A stretch of DNA of 17,188 nucleotides from Oligoflexus sp. (GTDB lineage Bacteria; Bdellovibrionota_B; Oligoflexia; Oligoflexales; Oligoflexaceae): assembly GCA_041736305.1 (NCBI GenBank), contig JBGSTX010000063.1:1-17188 (forward strand), given 5' to 3'. Position numbers and translations under genes: made by a program. Positions 16,101-17,188 of this stretch are shown here, piece after piece (within the stretch, counting starts at the first letter, position 1; the number at the start of each line of letters is the position of its first letter). The notes beneath the pieces are model-generated. The model was not told the origin of the DNA, made no database searches, and saw only the letters and a list, made by a program, of their open reading frames with translations.

Positions 16101-17188
16101 GCAAGCAAGATGGCTTTCACTTCTTTGAAGGAAGTAAATAGGCTGATCTCAGCATCATCAGCTCTGTGCTTGATATTAACTGCAGCGTTTGTGTCCGCAT
16201 GCGAAACATCCCCATCTGCATGGTGAAATTTATCTCCAACCCGCCTTCCTTCCAGACGACCGGTCTTCGAGTCCACTTGTGATGTATAAGCCGCGTTCAC
16301 AACTCGCAGGCAAGAACCTCTTGCCTTGCTCACTGAATCTAATGCCTCTGCCAGTGAGCCTTTTGCCCATCCTGACATTGTTCGATTGAATTTTTTCCAC
16401 TTGTGCTTGCTAGCAAAAGCTTTTGTTAAATCCTCGGCTCGGATTTCTTTGGCTTGATCGACGAGCGCATGAGCAGCTTGGAAAGCTATATTTCTAATCC
16501 GAAGCCTTTGCAAGTTTTCTTGGGCCTCGAGCTTTTTTCTTCCTAGATTTCGGCGACGGATATTCTGAGCCTTATGCACCTTTTTCTTACTAAGCTGATA
16601 GAGCTTATTTCTGGCCTTCCCACGGGCATTTATTTTTTCAGTGCCTTTGCTCAAGACTGGACCTAGATCGACTCCATAAAAGCGTCCCTCAGAATCAGCA
16701 AAGGCTTCGCTATAGCCTTTGTCGACACCGATGACTTCATCGCCGTGGGCCCTATATGTTTTCTGGTCTATCGTATAGTGAACGTAAACCACGCCCTTCT
16801 TCAAAATTAGTCTTAAGCAGCCATGGAGGCGAACCTTGGCGTTTAACGGTACGCATATTCTTTTGCCCTTGTTAAAACTAGGTATTTTCAGCCAAGTATT
16901 ACCATTTTTGCCGGTAAACTGGCTGTAGACGCCGGTTTCAAGGATGATTTGATTTCGGACGCGAGTTCTTCCGTGCTTTTTATGCCTTCGCATCTTCCTA
17001 CGTAAGTAGGAGTTGTTCTTCCACGCCGTCGTCTTAAGCGCATCAAAAAGTGTAGTTCTTAGTGCCTTATCAGAAGTTCTCTTTAAGATAGCAGCTTTCA
17101 CTAACTTCTTGGCAGCCTCTTCATACATTAGAATGTCGTCGAGCACGTCACGGAGCGTCTCTTTCCAGGCTTTGGCGGGAAGCGGGCT
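15983..17188 (-). CDS. tnpB: IS200/IS605-associated TnpB-like RuvC nuclease (5' end outside window)
   Basis: Frame stays open to the window edge (SPLPAKAWKETLRDVLDDI...). RuvC motifs VIGVDKG, AEDL, VNAAYTSQ, ADTNAAVNI. Confidence 0.9.
   Translation of the reverse strand, partial: SPLPAKAWKETLRDVLDDILMYEEAAKKLVKAAILKRTSDKALRTTLFDALKTTAWKNNSYLRRKMRRHKKHGRTRVRNQIILETGVYSQFTGKNGNTWLKIPSFNKGKRICVPLNAKVRLHGCLRLILKKGVVYVHYTIDQKTYRAHGDEVIGVDKGYSEAFADSEGRFYGVDLGPVLSKGTEKINARGKARNKLYQLSKKKVHKAQNIRRRNLGRKKLEAQENLQRLRIRNIAFQAAHALVDQAKEIRAEDLTKAFASKHKWKKFNRTMSGWAKGSLAEALDSVSKARGSCLRVVNAAYTSQVDSKTGRLEGRRVGDKFHHADGDVSHADTNAAVNIKHRADDAEISLFTSFKEVKAILLARSTANGGVSAPLERNRPSRTPVARRKRTSTESEVPNTM

Noticed and set aside
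1190-16389. Numerous short ORFs in the six-frame track (e.g. 1190, 2683, 3209, 7064, 10394, 14265, 16189)
   Set aside because: They overlap well-supported genes in other frames and show no recognisable motifs.

Overview
Accessory, IS-scarred region. Gene architecture suggests a Bdellovibrionota/Oligoflexia-like bacterium, but this is inference only. Left part: 5' end of a BrnT-like toxin gene with a palindromic upstream site, a possible group II intron 3' remnant, and an IS66 (tnpA, tnpB, truncated tnpC) inserted into an IS1202/ISNCY transposase. Core: three type IV prepilin-like genes, one a PilX/GspK-like 570-aa protein ending in a Hedgehog/intein (Hint) domain that looks able to cleave at its N-terminus but not to splice, plus an oppositely oriented membrane-anchored hypothetical gene. 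Next come two paralogous very large lipoproteins (IPT/TIG domain, Cys modules, fibre-like repeats) with FGE-sulfatase/C-type-lectin tips that diverge mainly in the segment matching a DGR variable region. Both have sigma28-like promoters. IS3 and IS91/ISCR remnants sit in the spacers, and a zinc-finger-less TnpB with a probable omega RNA closes the window. Best candidate for an undescribed system: a surface-attachment locus combining a Hint-autoprocessed pilin with variable-tip lectin fibres. No database searches were possible; family calls come from motif recognition.
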